Source: an uncultured virus (IMG/VR IMGVR_UViG_3300012017_001157) (taxonomy: Duplodnaviria; Heunggongvirae; Uroviricota; Caudoviricetes). From it: a DNA stretch of 64,000 nt. The translations under genes and the position numbers were made by a program. Under the pieces are notes generated by a model. That model searched no databases. It was not told the DNA's origin and worked only from the letters and a program-made list of their open reading frames with translations. Positions 9,942 to 20,165 of this stretch are shown here, in pieces; position 1 is the first letter of the stretch, and each line of letters begins with the position of its first letter. The stretch covers positions 1 through 64,000 of the IMG/VR virus record IMGVR_UViG_3300012017_001157; one strand, given 5' to 3'.

Positions 9942-11341
9942 TAGAAGGTGGCCTCCACGGTGACTGAAAGATCTGCACCTGAAGTGCCAGCGCTTACAAT
10001 CTCAATCTGAAGCACGTCGCCAATGGCAAGAGATGTAACAGTGCTAAGGGATGTGGTGACGACAGCGGCCCCCACAGAAGCGCTTGTATTGCCGTTGGTG
10101 GAGCCGTTCTTCACGAGGCGATAGGTCACGCCAGAGCCGCCACCAGCGTAGGCTCGAGCATTGACAAGCGTGCATGCGATGGGGGAGATAAATCTTGGTT
10201 GCTTTACTCCAGTTGCCAAAGTGCCAGCGATGTGGAATGAAATCGGCATAGGGAGGGCATCAAGCTTTGTCTTGTCTGCTGCGCTCAAGTAGCCAGGGAC
10301 AGACTGTGTTGCCGCCACGACACTTAGTGTATTTCCAGATTTTGAGAGTGCGGCTCCCGCAATAATGGACGCTGCGCCGGTGAATTGCTGCCACGACATA
10401 GAATCAGTTCCTACTTTAATAATTCCGTCTACCCCGGTTCCGGTGTTTACTTGGATATATCCTTGGTTGCCATAATTTGTTCCATTTAAAATGTATACCG
10501 CATCACCGGAATGCACGTAGTCAGCGGGAATGCCTCCGTCAAAATTACTTGCTCTTGTGATTCGCCACGGAGTTCCTGCGCTTCCAGCGTTGCTTACAAC
10601 GTAGATTCCATTATGAGCCTGATTAGTCGCTCCGAAATATAGAAGCCGGTCATTTAGCACCATCTGGTACCCGTCAACCGTTCCGATGGCTCCGTTCGTG
10701 TTTGATTCAATGTAGGCCCCAACACCAGTCCCGCCGTCACCTCCTGCCGATCCAGCTGTGTAGGTTCCGTTGCCGATATTAGACGCCTGCGCTGCCTTTA
10801 CGGCTACGTGCCAGTTAACTCCGGAAGCTAATGCGTCCACATACGCTTTCGTAGCAGCATGCATGTCTTGAGTTGGGTCAACCCCAAGGGTGATTTGATT
10901 GACGGCAGTGTTTGCGCTTCCGTCTCTAAGAACAATTGTGTTGTTGTTGGCAGACGCAGTTGCAGTCGTCTGGGCATTAAGAACGGTCAGCGTATTGCTG
11001 TTTCCGTCAATGGTCTTATTGGTCAGGCTTTGCGTATCGCTTGTGCCAACAATGGCCCCAGACACGCCGTGGGTTGCGGTAAGACCAGCATGGGTGCTGA
11101 CCTTGGTCGTTGCATCTGAGGCCGCAGAAGAGATAGCGTCTGACTCTGCCGTATCAGCTTTTGCCTGTGCCCCGTCTGGGCTTTCGGTTGAGAAGGGCAG
11201 GGACGTCCACGCAGTGCTGCCAGTTCCAATCTTGAACTGCTTGTTGGTGCTGTCGTAGCCAATCTCGCCAGCCGCAAGGGTTGGGTTGACCGAGGCCCAG
11301 TTGGCCGCAGTGTCCCTTCTTGGCTTAATGATGTTTGGCAT
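9941..11341 (-). CDS. Tail fibre protein (Mtd/hyaluronidase-type N-terminus)
   Basis: RRDTAANW...NP.LAAGEIGY...FKIG.G..AW..LP N-terminal motif; HAATKAYVD repeat. Confidence 0.8.
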   Translation of the reverse strand: MPNIIKPRRDTAANWASVNPTLAAGEIGYDSTNKQFKIGTGSTAWTSLPFSTESPDGAQAKADTAESDAISSAASDATTKVSTHAGLTATHGVSGAIVGTSDTQSLTNKTIDGNSNTLTVLNAQTTATASANNNTIVLRDGSANTAVNQITLGVDPTQDMHAATKAYVDALASGVNWHVAVKAAQASNIGNGTYTAGSAGGDGGTGVGAYIESNTNGAIGTVDGYQMVLNDRLLYFGATNQAHNGIYVVSNAGSAGTPWRITRASNFDGGIPADYVHSGDAVYILNGTNYGNQGYIQVNTGTGVDGIIKVGTDSMSWQQFTGAASIIAGAALSKSGNTLSVVAATQSVPGYLSAADKTKLDALPMPISFHIAGTLATGVKQPRFISPIACTLVNARAYAGGGSGVTYRLVKNGSTNGNTSASVGAAVVTTSLSTVTSLAIGDVLQIEIVSAGTSGADLSVTVEATF

Positions 11342-13080
11342 TACGCGCTCCCGCCGTCAATTGTCTCGTTGGCTATGCTCAAAGTATACCAGGAGATATT
11401 TGTTCCGTCTGTTGTCAAAAGTTTTCCGCTGTTGCTTGCCTGAGAGGGTAGCAGGGCATTGACTGCCCCGGTTGCGGTGGTCTGACCCGTGCCGCCGTAA
11501 GCAATGCCCACCGCTGATCCCTGCCATGTGCCAGTCCCAATCGTTCCAACGCTTGTTAGAGAAGAGGAAATCACGTTTGACCCGAGGGTGGTTGAGGACA
11601 AAACCGATGTTCCGTTTATCTTGAATGAAGAGCCGGTTGGAATGTTTACCGCCGTATCGCTTACAGTCAAGCCAACGGCAAGAGAGGCTCCCGCGTTTGG
11701 GACAACAAGGATTTGTATGTTTCCACCATTTACTAGATCGGTAAAATTCTCTGTAGCAACGGCACGAATTGCACCAGTAGTAGATGTGGCAAAGCCCGTA
11801 GCGCCGTACCCATGGAACGCAATCTCTCCGATAATGTCGCTGCTCTGGGTTGCGGTTGGGGATGCCGCAGTCCCCCTTGTCGCCCTAGCAACGAAGTGCG
11901 GATAGAATCCAGTCCCGTGAGCGTCAAGGACAATGTTTGTGTCTGCCCCATCAACTGAAACCCCTTGAATGACTGTAGTTGAGTTGTATGTTCCAAGCTC
12001 GGCAGGCGATCCTGCGTTGTTATCAACAACAATTTTCCCCGTAACAACTGGATTAGCCGAGGTTGCGTAGGGTGAAGTAATCCACTGTAAACCAGATCCC
12101 TCTGCGGAGTTTGCAATAAGAATTTGATTGTTGCTACCAACAGAAAGCCCAGTTGGAGTTGCGGATGCGCTTGCGGTGAGAATGGAACCCTTGCCAACAA
12201 GAACGCTTTTTGCAACTGCGGCGTCTGCGGTGGTGTTGGCAGAAAAAGCTAGGTCGTATGCCTGCTTGACTGCCGATGCCGTAGCTGCCTTTGTTATTGA
12301 TGTGCTGCTGATCGTGGAGTCAAGATCAACTGCAACAGCATCGTTAACATCAATCTTAAGCCCGTCGCCGTAGTCTACATTTATTGTGTTTACTGATTTA
12401 GATAGACCGCTACCGGTTGTGATTCCGGAAAGACCAGTGAACTGACTCCATACAATGTTATCAGTCCCGATTACATGGGCAGACCAGTAGGCTGTGGATG
12501 TTCCAAACGATGAAAGTATAAAGCCCTGCGACTTATTGATACTTCCAGCTTCTGGATAAACATAAACGGCATCGCCACTGGCAAGCTGACCTGGGACACT
12601 GTTATTTGCATCTGGAGCCCGAGTCAAGAGCCATGTGGTCGCACCTGACCCTTGGCTTGTTACAATATAAATACCGTTTTGTTTGGCATCAGATTGGTTT
12701 TTGACAAGCATCCTATCGCCAGTTGTCGCAAGGGTTCCGTCAACTTCAAGCCTTCCGTTGGTGGTTCCAGATAGTGTTGCGCCAATCCCGTATCCATCTG
12801 ATGCATCGGCTGTTCCGGCAGTATAGGTTGGGCTATTTGGAAGCACTGCAGCCGTTGCGGAGTGCACGCCAGCGTGCCAGTTTAGCCCAGCGGCTATTTC
12901 GGCAACATATGCCCTCGTGGCAATGGTGGTGGTGTCAACGTTGAGCGTGGCTGACCCGCTTGATGCACCCCCGGTAAGCCCCGTCCCAGCAACAACCGCC
13001 GTTATGTCAGCATCAGACCCGCTGGGCGTGGTGACATCAACCCAGTTTCCCGCAGAGCGAACGTATATCCGTTTACCCAT
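11341..13080 (-). CDS. Tail fibre protein
   Basis: GDR.LVKNQ...QNGIY.V..W.LTRA domain, AATASAVKQAYDLA and GGTG repeats. Confidence 0.8.
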   Translation of the reverse strand: MGKRIYVRSAGNWVDVTTPSGSDADITAVVAGTGLTGGASSGSATLNVDTTTIATRAYVAEIAAGLNWHAGVHSATAAVLPNSPTYTAGTADASDGYGIGATLSGTTNGRLEVDGTLATTGDRMLVKNQSDAKQNGIYIVTSQGSGATTWLLTRAPDANNSVPGQLASGDAVYVYPEAGSINKSQGFILSSFGTSTAYWSAHVIGTDNIVWSQFTGLSGITTGSGLSKSVNTINVDYGDGLKIDVNDAVAVDLDSTISSTSITKAATASAVKQAYDLAFSANTTADAAVAKSVLVGKGSILTASASATPTGLSVGSNNQILIANSAEGSGLQWITSPYATSANPVVTGKIVVDNNAGSPAELGTYNSTTVIQGVSVDGADTNIVLDAHGTGFYPHFVARATRGTAASPTATQSSDIIGEIAFHGYGATGFATSTTGAIRAVATENFTDLVNGGNIQILVVPNAGASLAVGLTVSDTAVNIPTGSSFKINGTSVLSSTTLGSNVISSSLTSVGTIGTGTWQGSAVGIAYGGTGQTTATGAVNALLPSQASNSGKLLTTDGTNISWYTLSIANETIDGGSA

Positions 13081-13292
13081 TATGCGCCTACCAATGCGCT
13101 GATCTCTTCGTCAGTAAGACCAAGAGCAGCCAGTTTAGCGCGTGCGGATTCCTTTGCGGCAATCTTGGCGTCCTCCTCTAGCAATCGGATGTTGAAAGAC
13201 GCTTGCAATTGGGCGGCCTCTTCTGCAGAAATTTCCTCTATTCTTTGCTCGCCAGTTTCACTATCAATTACAACTCTTTTCAAAGACATCAT
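13080..13292 (-). CDS. Small fibre-associated protein
   Basis: 70 aa ending SARAKLAALGLTDEEISAL, coupled between two fibre genes. Confidence 0.6.
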   Translation of the reverse strand: MMSLKRVVIDSETGEQRIEEISAEEAAQLQASFNIRLLEEDAKIAAKESARAKLAALGLTDEEISALVGA

Positions 13293-14602
13293 AATGGACC
13301 CTCACCATAAACTTCTATCGTTAACCCTGCGGCCCATTCATTTGTAACCGCAAAATTAATAGCCGTAATTGCGGCCGTGTTATTCCAATGGAACGCTCCC
13401 GATGACCACTGAACCCTATCGGATGCAGACTGACCCCCTCCGAGATAGTGACCATGCTTTGGTAGGGTGGTTGAGGAATAATTAAAAATACTGATCTCGT
13501 AGTGCGCCGAGTTATCCCAGGTGTTGTCCTTCAGGGGCTGTATTCCTGGGCTAAGGTAAAAAGCCGTGCCGTACCATGGGTAGTACGAGCTCGCGTCTAG
13601 GGTCAAAGTTTGTGACACGAAGTTGCTATATGAGCCGTTAAACTGCACTTGAACGTATGAATCGGCTGAAGATGCACTCTTTCCGTTTCTAAGTATTATC
13701 CTAAGGTTCCTCCACCCCTGCACAAGACTTGTTACGCCAAAGCTAGAGGCAGCTGAGGACAGTGTCCCACCAGCCAACATCGTGCCCTCTACTCTCGCCC
13801 AAATCGGAGATCCACCATATGACGTTAACACCTCGCCTGCATTTCCAATACCAAGCCGAGCAGGCGTGTTGGCAGACGAGGCGTAGATGATGTCGCCAGT
13901 GGTCGTGGTCAGCGTCTTCGGGATTGCGCCGTTGGCGAGGTCGTATGCAGCCTTGACCGCTGTCGGTGTCGCCGCTAAGACGCTTGACGTCGTTGAGGTT
14001 GAGTCAGAGAGCTGCACTGCGCCGACGACGCTCGTGCTTGCCGCAGCGATGCTGATTGCTGGCGTCGCTCCGCCAGAGGAGGCGATAGGCGCCGTGCCGG
14101 TGACCGACGTCACCGTGCCTGTTGCGGGCGCGGCCCACTTCAATCCAGTCGCTTCTGCTGAGTCAGCCGTCAAGACGTAGGTATTCGTCCCAACAGGAAG
14201 CCGTGCGACGGTATCGGCAGCCGTCGCTGCGATGAGATCGCCCTTTACGTCAACCAGAGATTTAGGAACAGCTGCAGCGGCGAGGTCGTATGCAGACTTG
14301 ACTGCCGTAGCACTTGCCGCAACCGTGCTTGATGTGGTGCTGGTTGAATCGGTAATTGAGGTTACGGAGGCAACCTCATCGTCAGAGTCAATCCAGATGT
14401 CGCCGTCGCTTGGGCTTGATGGCTCTGATGACTGGTAGAAGACCCCAGAGCCACCAGCGCCAGATCCAACCTCTACCCATGCCGCCCCGGTGTACACGTA
14501 GATCTTGTCGTCTGACGTGTTGTAGTAGAGGTCGGCCTCTGACGGTGTTGAGGGCGCGCTGCTATAGCGCGGGAGATTTACCTTGTTAAGTAGCTTTGGC
14601 AT
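13289..14602 (-). CDS. Tail fibre protein with phage tail-fibre repeats
   Basis: GAVQLSDSTSTTSS.LAATPTAVKAAYDLA repeat; KGDLI.A..RL.VG repeats. Confidence 0.8.
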   Translation of the reverse strand: MPKLLNKVNLPRYSSAPSTPSEADLYYNTSDDKIYVYTGAAWVEVGSGAGGSGVFYQSSEPSSPSDGDIWIDSDDEVASVTSITDSTSTTSSTVAASATAVKSAYDLAAAAVPKSLVDVKGDLIAATAADTVARLPVGTNTYVLTADSAEATGLKWAAPATGTVTSVTGTAPIASSGGATPAISIAAASTSVVGAVQLSDSTSTTSSVLAATPTAVKAAYDLANGAIPKTLTTTTGDIIYASSANTPARLGIGNAGEVLTSYGGSPIWARVEGTMLAGGTLSSAASSFGVTSLVQGWRNLRIILRNGKSASSADSYVQVQFNGSYSNFVSQTLTLDASSYYPWYGTAFYLSPGIQPLKDNTWDNSAHYEISIFNYSSTTLPKHGHYLGGGQSASDRVQWSSGAFHWNNTAAITAINFAVTNEWAAGLTIEVYGEGPL

Positions 14603-14622
14603 CGGGCCCTCCTAGCGGGGGT

Positions 14623-16401
14623 TTACCCGATTATAACAACCCTGTACTGGTTGCTGCTTGGGGCAGAGGCAAAGTCCAGAACAACGGTGCCGTTCGGGGT
14701 TCCCGTGGTCAATCCGACGGTAATATCTGGGTAGACCTTCTCGCCGTTAGAGGTCTGGAACACTTCAGCGGATACCCAAATGTTTCCAAGACCATGCGAG
14801 ATGGTGTAGGTCGTTGCAGCACCGTCGCCAAGTTGCGCGGTGTACTTTGTCGTTCCACCAAGTGCCGTAAGGGCTGCGGCGGCAGTAATCTGACCAGTAC
14901 CGCCATTTGCGATTGGAAGCGCACCAGTGACGGCAGCAGACTGCGCAAGGTCAATAGCGCCAAATGCTGGCGATCCACCAGCGCCCGGAACCCGAAGAAC
15001 TTGATTGGCAGTTCCTGCTGAAGTTGCACCGATAGTGCTTGCCCCGTTGCCGAGCAGTACTCCACCAGATGTCAGGGTGCTTGCGCCAGTACCGCCGTTT
15101 GCGACTGGAAGCGTGCCAGAAACTTCTGTGGTGAGTGAAACTGTGCTTGCGGTCGTCAGCGCATCTGTGCCACCAGTTGACTTAACGATACCAGCGGTGA
15201 ATGTTGCGGCGCCAGTACCACCACGGGCAACGCCAAGCGTGCCGCTTGTCAGCTTATCAGTGCCGTGGTTTGGAATGTCTGAAGCAACAAGTGATCGGAA
15301 TGAAGGGGCAGAAGGCCCACCAGTTGCAGGACCAGCGAATACTGCGTTGTCTGCTGCAGTTGTGGCGCCAGTACCACCCTTGGCTACTGGAAGGGTTCCA
15401 GTTACTGTTGAAGTTGAAACATCAACAGCGCTGGTTGCGAGCTTCGCAGAGGTGATCCCAGCATCCTTAACACGAAGGATGTCAGAAGAAATCTCAATGG
15501 TTGAGTCGTCAACGTTGACCGCAAGGTCAGTTCCTGTGAGGGTAAGTCCAGCGCCGCCCGTAACTGCGCCAGAACCAGAGAACTGCGTAAAGACCAGTGC
15601 AGTAGTTCCAAGGGTAATCACTGCATCGGTCGTCAAGACCCAACCAGTGTTCCCGTTTGCTGTTCCTTCCTCAACGAAGGTGAACAGTCCTGGGGTTACC
15701 TCTGCGCTTGCATCGGCATCAGTTGCGCGAACTGCCGCGCCGGAAGACTGGACGACGTAGATACCGTTTTCGGAGCCGGTTGATTGATTCTTGACAAGGA
15801 CGCGGTCGCCAGTGGCAAGCGTGATCCCGTCAATTGCGTCGCCGTTTTCAAGGGCGGTGGCAAGTGCGACGTTTGCAGTTGTAGCAACTCGGACAGATGC
15901 CTTGACATCAAGCCCAGAGGCTACGCCATCAACATATGCCTTAGTGGCTGCGTCGGTTGCGTTGGCAACTGCACCGGAAATGCTTACGCTTGTTGCGCTA
16001 ACGGTCCCAGCGGTGAAGTTTCCTGACGCATCGCGCTTAACAATCGTGCTTGCGGTGTTGGCGTCGGTAGCATTGTTGACGAGCGTGTAGTGCGCTGCCG
16101 ACATTGAGCCCGCAGCGGCGCCATCTGCCGCCAAGATGCTGATTGTTGCAACGCCATTTGCAAGGGAGACCTGGATTGGAGCGGTTCCAGAAAGACTGTC
16201 AATAGACCCAACAGACTCCCACGCGGTGCCGTTGTAGACCATGAGGCCAACTGGGCCGTCATTGGAGTCTGAGTTGTAGTAGATCTGGCCCGTGACAGGC
16301 GAAGACGGCGGGGTGGCAAGAACCTGAATGGTTGCATTGCGAAGCTCATTCTTCTGTAGGTCTAGGAAGCTGCTAAGCGTTAGACTCGTCAGGACTTTCA
16401 C
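14623..16401 (-). CDS. Tail fibre protein
   Basis: DAATKAYVD...GLDVKASVRVATT...GDRVLVKNQ..ENGIY; several TLPVA.GGTG repeats. Confidence 0.8.
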   Translation of the reverse strand: MKVLTSLTLSSFLDLQKNELRNATIQVLATPPSSPVTGQIYYNSDSNDGPVGLMVYNGTAWESVGSIDSLSGTAPIQVSLANGVATISILAADGAAAGSMSAAHYTLVNNATDANTASTIVKRDASGNFTAGTVSATSVSISGAVANATDAATKAYVDGVASGLDVKASVRVATTANVALATALENGDAIDGITLATGDRVLVKNQSTGSENGIYVVQSSGAAVRATDADASAEVTPGLFTFVEEGTANGNTGWVLTTDAVITLGTTALVFTQFSGSGAVTGGAGLTLTGTDLAVNVDDSTIEISSDILRVKDAGITSAKLATSAVDVSTSTVTGTLPVAKGGTGATTAADNAVFAGPATGGPSAPSFRSLVASDIPNHGTDKLTSGTLGVARGGTGAATFTAGIVKSTGGTDALTTASTVSLTTEVSGTLPVANGGTGASTLTSGGVLLGNGASTIGATSAGTANQVLRVPGAGGSPAFGAIDLAQSAAVTGALPIANGGTGQITAAAALTALGGTTKYTAQLGDGAATTYTISHGLGNIWVSAEVFQTSNGEKVYPDITVGLTTGTPNGTVVLDFASAPSSNQYRVVIIG

Positions 16402-16411
16402 GGGCGTCTCC

Positions 16412-16711
16412 TCAGTTTAGGTAGGCATAGCCGCTAAAAGCCGCGGCAAAGGCTAGGGTAATCTGATTGTCGGAGTCATACAAGACTTCCCCTATCTGGA
16501 CGTTCCCGCCACTGTCAACAATTGTTACAGATGGCTTTCTGCCGAGGCTGTGAGATATCGTCCATGTGGAAGAGGCGGAAGATTGAATGTGAACATATGT
16601 TGATGGCTGAACAACGGATGTTCCAGTTGTTGCCGTAACTGTTGTCTGCGACTCCGAAACAGTGGCAGAGCCGTTAGTGTCGGTAATGATTACATTAAAG
16701 TCTTCGCTCAC
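16412..16711 (-). CDS. Small virion structural protein
   Basis: Y.H.Q..AS.TW.I.H.LG..PSV.IVD...F.G.AYLN pattern; tail cluster context. Confidence 0.6.
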   Translation of the reverse strand: MSEDFNVIITDTNGSATVSESQTTVTATTGTSVVQPSTYVHIQSSASSTWTISHSLGRKPSVTIVDSGGNVQIGEVLYDSDNQITLAFAAAFSGYAYLN

Positions 16712-17055
16712 CTAGTCACCTCCCCGGAAACCTTAAAATCCCCCTCGATGACCCTTATTGCCACCCCTGAAGTGGAAACAATTTCAAGGTCGTATTTGTA
16801 GTTTCCAGATGGAATTCTTGCCGACGTTGCGGCAGGGATTGTTATTTCTATTTCTCCGTTTGCCTGCAAAACAAGCCCGCCGCCGCCTGTCGTCAAGGAA
16901 AGATACTCATCGGGTGAGCTTTTTGACTTCCGAACCTTCATTCTCCCAGTATAAGAGCTAATGTTTATAGGCGTGTTGTTTGAGTCCGTGTATGTCACAA
17001 CCCGGACAAATGTGGTTCCCTGCTCAAAAATAATGTCATAGATGTTGGCTGGCAT
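16708..17055 (-). CDS. Virion structural protein
   Basis: QG.TF...PI.I..Y...M.VR...Y.YDLEI...R..EG.F.V..EVTR pattern. Confidence 0.6.
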   Translation of the reverse strand: MPANIYDIIFEQGTTFVRVVTYTDSNNTPINISSYTGRMKVRKSKSSPDEYLSLTTGGGGLVLQANGEIEITIPAATSARIPSGNYKYDLEIVSTSGVAIRVIEGDFKVSGEVTR

Positions 17056-17130
17056 GCTTGGATTGTGGCAGAAATAGTAAGAAAGTCAACATACGTTGGT
17101 TTTGCTGTGCCTTTACTGTATGATGTCGCC

Positions 17131-17664
17131 ATGGGAAAACCAGGAAGAAAGCCACAGGCCCAAATTGACGCTCTGCGGGAGAAGATCACGCAGTTGCTTC
17201 TTAATGGCGTCCCGACTGCCCAAATAGCCACCGCTACCGACCTTTCGGTACACACTGTTCGCGAGCACATTCGCAACATCCGAAAGAAGTGGGCCGAGGA
17301 TCAGCCCGATCAGATACTTACCAGGGCGGAACTCGTCCAGAGGGCAAGAATGATCGGCCAGCAGGCAGCAATCGGGGCCTCAAAGGCAAGGGGCTCAGCC
17401 ATGGAAGTTCAATACCTTAAGATACAAATTGAAATACTAGACAAGGTTGCTAAACTGACAGGAGCTTATGCTCCAGTAAGACAAGAGGTCACAGGAGCCG
17501 ATGGCTCTGCTATTGAGATCTCAAGGTCTCCTCATGAAATTGATAGCCTTACAGCAAATGAACTTTCGGCAAGACTGAAAGTTTGGGCAGAGGATTTGGA
17601 GAACAATGTCGGAAACGAAGAAGCGCAAGCAAAGCAAGTCGAAAGCAGCCAACCCGCCGAGTAA
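17131..17664 (+). CDS. terS: Terminase small subunit (HTH)
   Basis: N-terminal HTH, EVTGADG motif, directly upstream of and overlapping terL. Confidence 0.65.
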   Translation: MGKPGRKPQAQIDALREKITQLLLNGVPTAQIATATDLSVHTVREHIRNIRKKWAEDQPDQILTRAELVQRARMIGQQAAIGASKARGSAMEVQYLKIQIEILDKVAKLTGAYAPVRQEVTGADGSAIEISRSPHEIDSLTANELSARLKVWAEDLENNVGNEEAQAKQVESSQPAE

Positions 17665-19075
17665 TGAGCAGTATCGGGAATGGCTTCGCGGTCAAGCGAC
17701 TAAATCCGATGCGGCATTTGCGGAATATGTAAGCGGCCTTATTTTCCCTCGCCACCTAAGGGAAATGGAACAGTTCCTTAACGCCCGTGAGCGAGCTTTG
17801 GTTTTGATGCCACGAGGCCACGCAAAGACTACAATGCTTATTCACAGAACCGCAAGAATGATTGGGCTAACCGAAGGAAAGATTCGAATTGGCGTAGTCA
17901 CTTCAGTGCTCTCTGACGCCCTTGCTCGATCAAGGGCAATTAAAACAATTATTGAGTCTTCTGCTTTTGCGGAGATTTTTCCCTGGGCAAGAAGCGGGGT
18001 TGCTGGCGGAAAGTGGACAGACGAAGTTTGGAATATCAAGGGTGTAAATCTTGGAAAAGATGCAACCTGTTTTGCTGACGGCCTGACATCTATCAAGCCA
18101 GGACCGCGACTCGACCTGCTCATTGCGGACGACATCGTGGGCCTCCGGGAAAACGCGACTCCAACTCAACGCACTAAAGCAAGTGAGACCTACTGGCAGG
18201 TAATTGATCCAATGCTCGTGCCGGGTGCAACAAGGTGGTACATCGGAACAAGGTGGCATGAGGACGACTTTTACGCCGAGCTTGAAAGCAAGGGGATTCC
18301 AACCTATCTACGACGTTCGCTTGAAGAATCAGGGCCGCTATGGCCAGAGATGTACACCGTTGCTGACCTTGAGCAGAAAAGAGAAGAGCTAGGAACCCCA
18401 ATTTTTAACTTGCAATATCAAAACGACGTCACTTCGATGGGTGGAAACATCTTTAGGTATGAGTACTTCAAGTATGTTGATCAAATCCCTCCTGGGGCAA
18501 GAAGGGTTGGGGTCGACCTCGCAGCATCGGAACGGGAACGATCTGACTACACTGCCGCCGTTGAGGTTCTTGAGGACGAGGAGCACAATCTTTACGTTCT
18601 TGGCGCATATAGAACCAGAATCCAGCAAGGTCATCAAAAATGGCTAACTGGCATCGAGAAGGACGGGACACTTATCGACGACCCAAGCAGTCCGCGTCTT
18701 CTTTGGCCAGCCAGATATGTTGGGCTTAAGGGGCAGAAAGACGTGTGGGGCGAAGAGCCAAGAAGGATCACCGAAATCAACATTGAGGCAGTTCAGTACC
18801 AGTCAACGTTTGTCAGAGAAATGGTCACTGAGACCAGGCTTCCGGCCAGGGGTGTTCGCCCAGAACGAGACAAGGTATTTAGATCGAGATCTCTTGCGGC
18901 ACGATACGAGGCCGGAAAGGTGTTTCACCTAAAGGGCGGCCCCGGGATCAGGCAGCTTGAGTCCGAAATGATGTCGTTCCCAAACAGCGAGCACGATGAC
19001 CTTGTTGACGCCCTTGTGTACGCTGCTGACGTTGGGAACTCTGGCTTCTACTTTACCTCTGCAAAAAGAGGCTAA
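17606..19075 (+). CDS. terL: Terminase large subunit
   Basis: Walker A PRGHAKT, Walker B LLIADD, GTRWH.DD, nuclease GVDLA..SDYTA, FP..HDD.VDAL. Confidence 0.95.
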   Translation: MSETKKRKQSKSKAANPPSNEQYREWLRGQATKSDAAFAEYVSGLIFPRHLREMEQFLNARERALVLMPRGHAKTTMLIHRTARMIGLTEGKIRIGVVTSVLSDALARSRAIKTIIESSAFAEIFPWARSGVAGGKWTDEVWNIKGVNLGKDATCFADGLTSIKPGPRLDLLIADDIVGLRENATPTQRTKASETYWQVIDPMLVPGATRWYIGTRWHEDDFYAELESKGIPTYLRRSLEESGPLWPEMYTVADLEQKREELGTPIFNLQYQNDVTSMGGNIFRYEYFKYVDQIPPGARRVGVDLAASERERSDYTAAVEVLEDEEHNLYVLGAYRTRIQQGHQKWLTGIEKDGTLIDDPSSPRLLWPARYVGLKGQKDVWGEEPRRITEINIEAVQYQSTFVREMVTETRLPARGVRPERDKVFRSRSLAARYEAGKVFHLKGGPGIRQLESEMMSFPNSEHDDLVDALVYAADVGNSGFYFTSAKRG

Positions 19076-19704
19076 ATATTACGATCAAGAATGATATTTT
19101 CTTGATTCAGTAAAGCAACAGAAAATCCGTAAGGCTCGTAGTGGGCAACAATTTCAGGAACTCTACCGTCATGCTCAATGCACATCATTTCAGTCATAAA
19201 CTCATCTGGGTTTACCTGCATTGAAAGGTCGGAGGATGTGCCTTCAACGTCTATCGAGATAAACTCGATAACAGGCCTTTTTGATTTTGCAAGATCAAGG
19301 GCTTCCCTCATTGTAATAACAGGAACATATATTTCAGAAAATTCAGCCCTTACATTTGGTATGCTTTCTACATAGTCTTTCCACTTTTCGTAGTTTTCCG
19401 TTTCCATTGTTGAAACTCCGGAATTTGGAGATTCCCACATCAAGCGTACTCTTTCGGTGGCGTTTTTGTCGCCAGTAATCATCGCATTAACAAGGGTCAT
19501 ATTTGGGTCGCCCCTATAGAGGTCGAAAAGCCTTGAAAAAGAGAAGGAAGATCCGTCAACTAAGATACCTGACCATCCAAGCTCAGCCAGCCTTCTGGTG
19601 TTGCTGAGGTTCAATCCGTCGTAAGCCCCAACGTCTAAAAACGACCCCGTCCTGCCACTAAACTTGGCAATAATGATCTCTTCTTCATTGTTCTGCGAAT
19701 ACAT
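19072..19704 (-). CDS. FkbM-family methyltransferase
   Basis: MYSQ..E, FLDVGAYDG..SNT, GWSG.LVD, ISIDVEG motifs. Confidence 0.85.
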   Translation of the reverse strand: MYSQNNEEEIIIAKFSGRTGSFLDVGAYDGLNLSNTRRLAELGWSGILVDGSSFSFSRLFDLYRGDPNMTLVNAMITGDKNATERVRLMWESPNSGVSTMETENYEKWKDYVESIPNVRAEFSEIYVPVITMREALDLAKSKRPVIEFISIDVEGTSSDLSMQVNPDEFMTEMMCIEHDGRVPEIVAHYEPYGFSVALLNQENIILDRNI

Positions 19705-19705
19705 G

Positions 19706-20080
19706 TTACTCAGTGTATCTCCAAATAGTTTCCTTGCGGCACTTAAGGCATCCAAAAAAAACCATTTTCTCAGAAAGGCTCGACCTTGACTGCTCTTTTG
19801 GGATCTCCTTTGTTCTTTCTCCACACCTGGAGCAAGACCACATGCCGGGAAGCCTAAATTCGTTCCCAACAAGCCTGTACTGCCAGACGTCACGATCCTT
19901 GTTGGGGTGCCTTCTGTTCTCAATCTTGTGGCCCTCTTCGCGGAGCTCTCGAAGGCGCTTAAGACCCTCACTTCCCCCAACCTCAGGGCTGGCAATCCTT
20001 GGGCCGTCAATCCATACGTTAATGTTTTTCATAAGCAGATCAAGCACTGCGTCTTTTCTAGTCATTTTGTTCTTATTCAT
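19706..20080 (-). CDS. Winged-HTH plus Zn-ribbon protein
   Basis: RLRELR..G..I helix; CSRC...CLKC. Confidence 0.55.
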   Translation of the reverse strand: MNKNKMTRKDAVLDLLMKNINVWIDGPRIASPEVGGSEGLKRLRELREEGHKIENRRHPNKDRDVWQYRLVGNEFRLPGMWSCSRCGERTKEIPKEQSRSSLSEKMVFFGCLKCRKETIWRYTE

Positions 20081-20165
20081 GCCTCAATACCTCCCTGTAT
20101 GATACGCCAGTGTAGGCGCAAGGATGATACAAGCAACGCATAGGTTTTGTCAATGCCGGAGAAAC

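Noticed and set aside
9941..16401. Diversity-generating retroelement suggested by the Mtd-like N-terminus
   Set aside because: No reverse transcriptase and no TR/VR pair seen; similarity among fibre genes is ordinary domain repetition
19705..20010. N-terminal 102 codons of the 312-aa track ORF
   Set aside because: Overlaps the 19706-20080 gene; the FkbM domain starts at MYSQ (19704)
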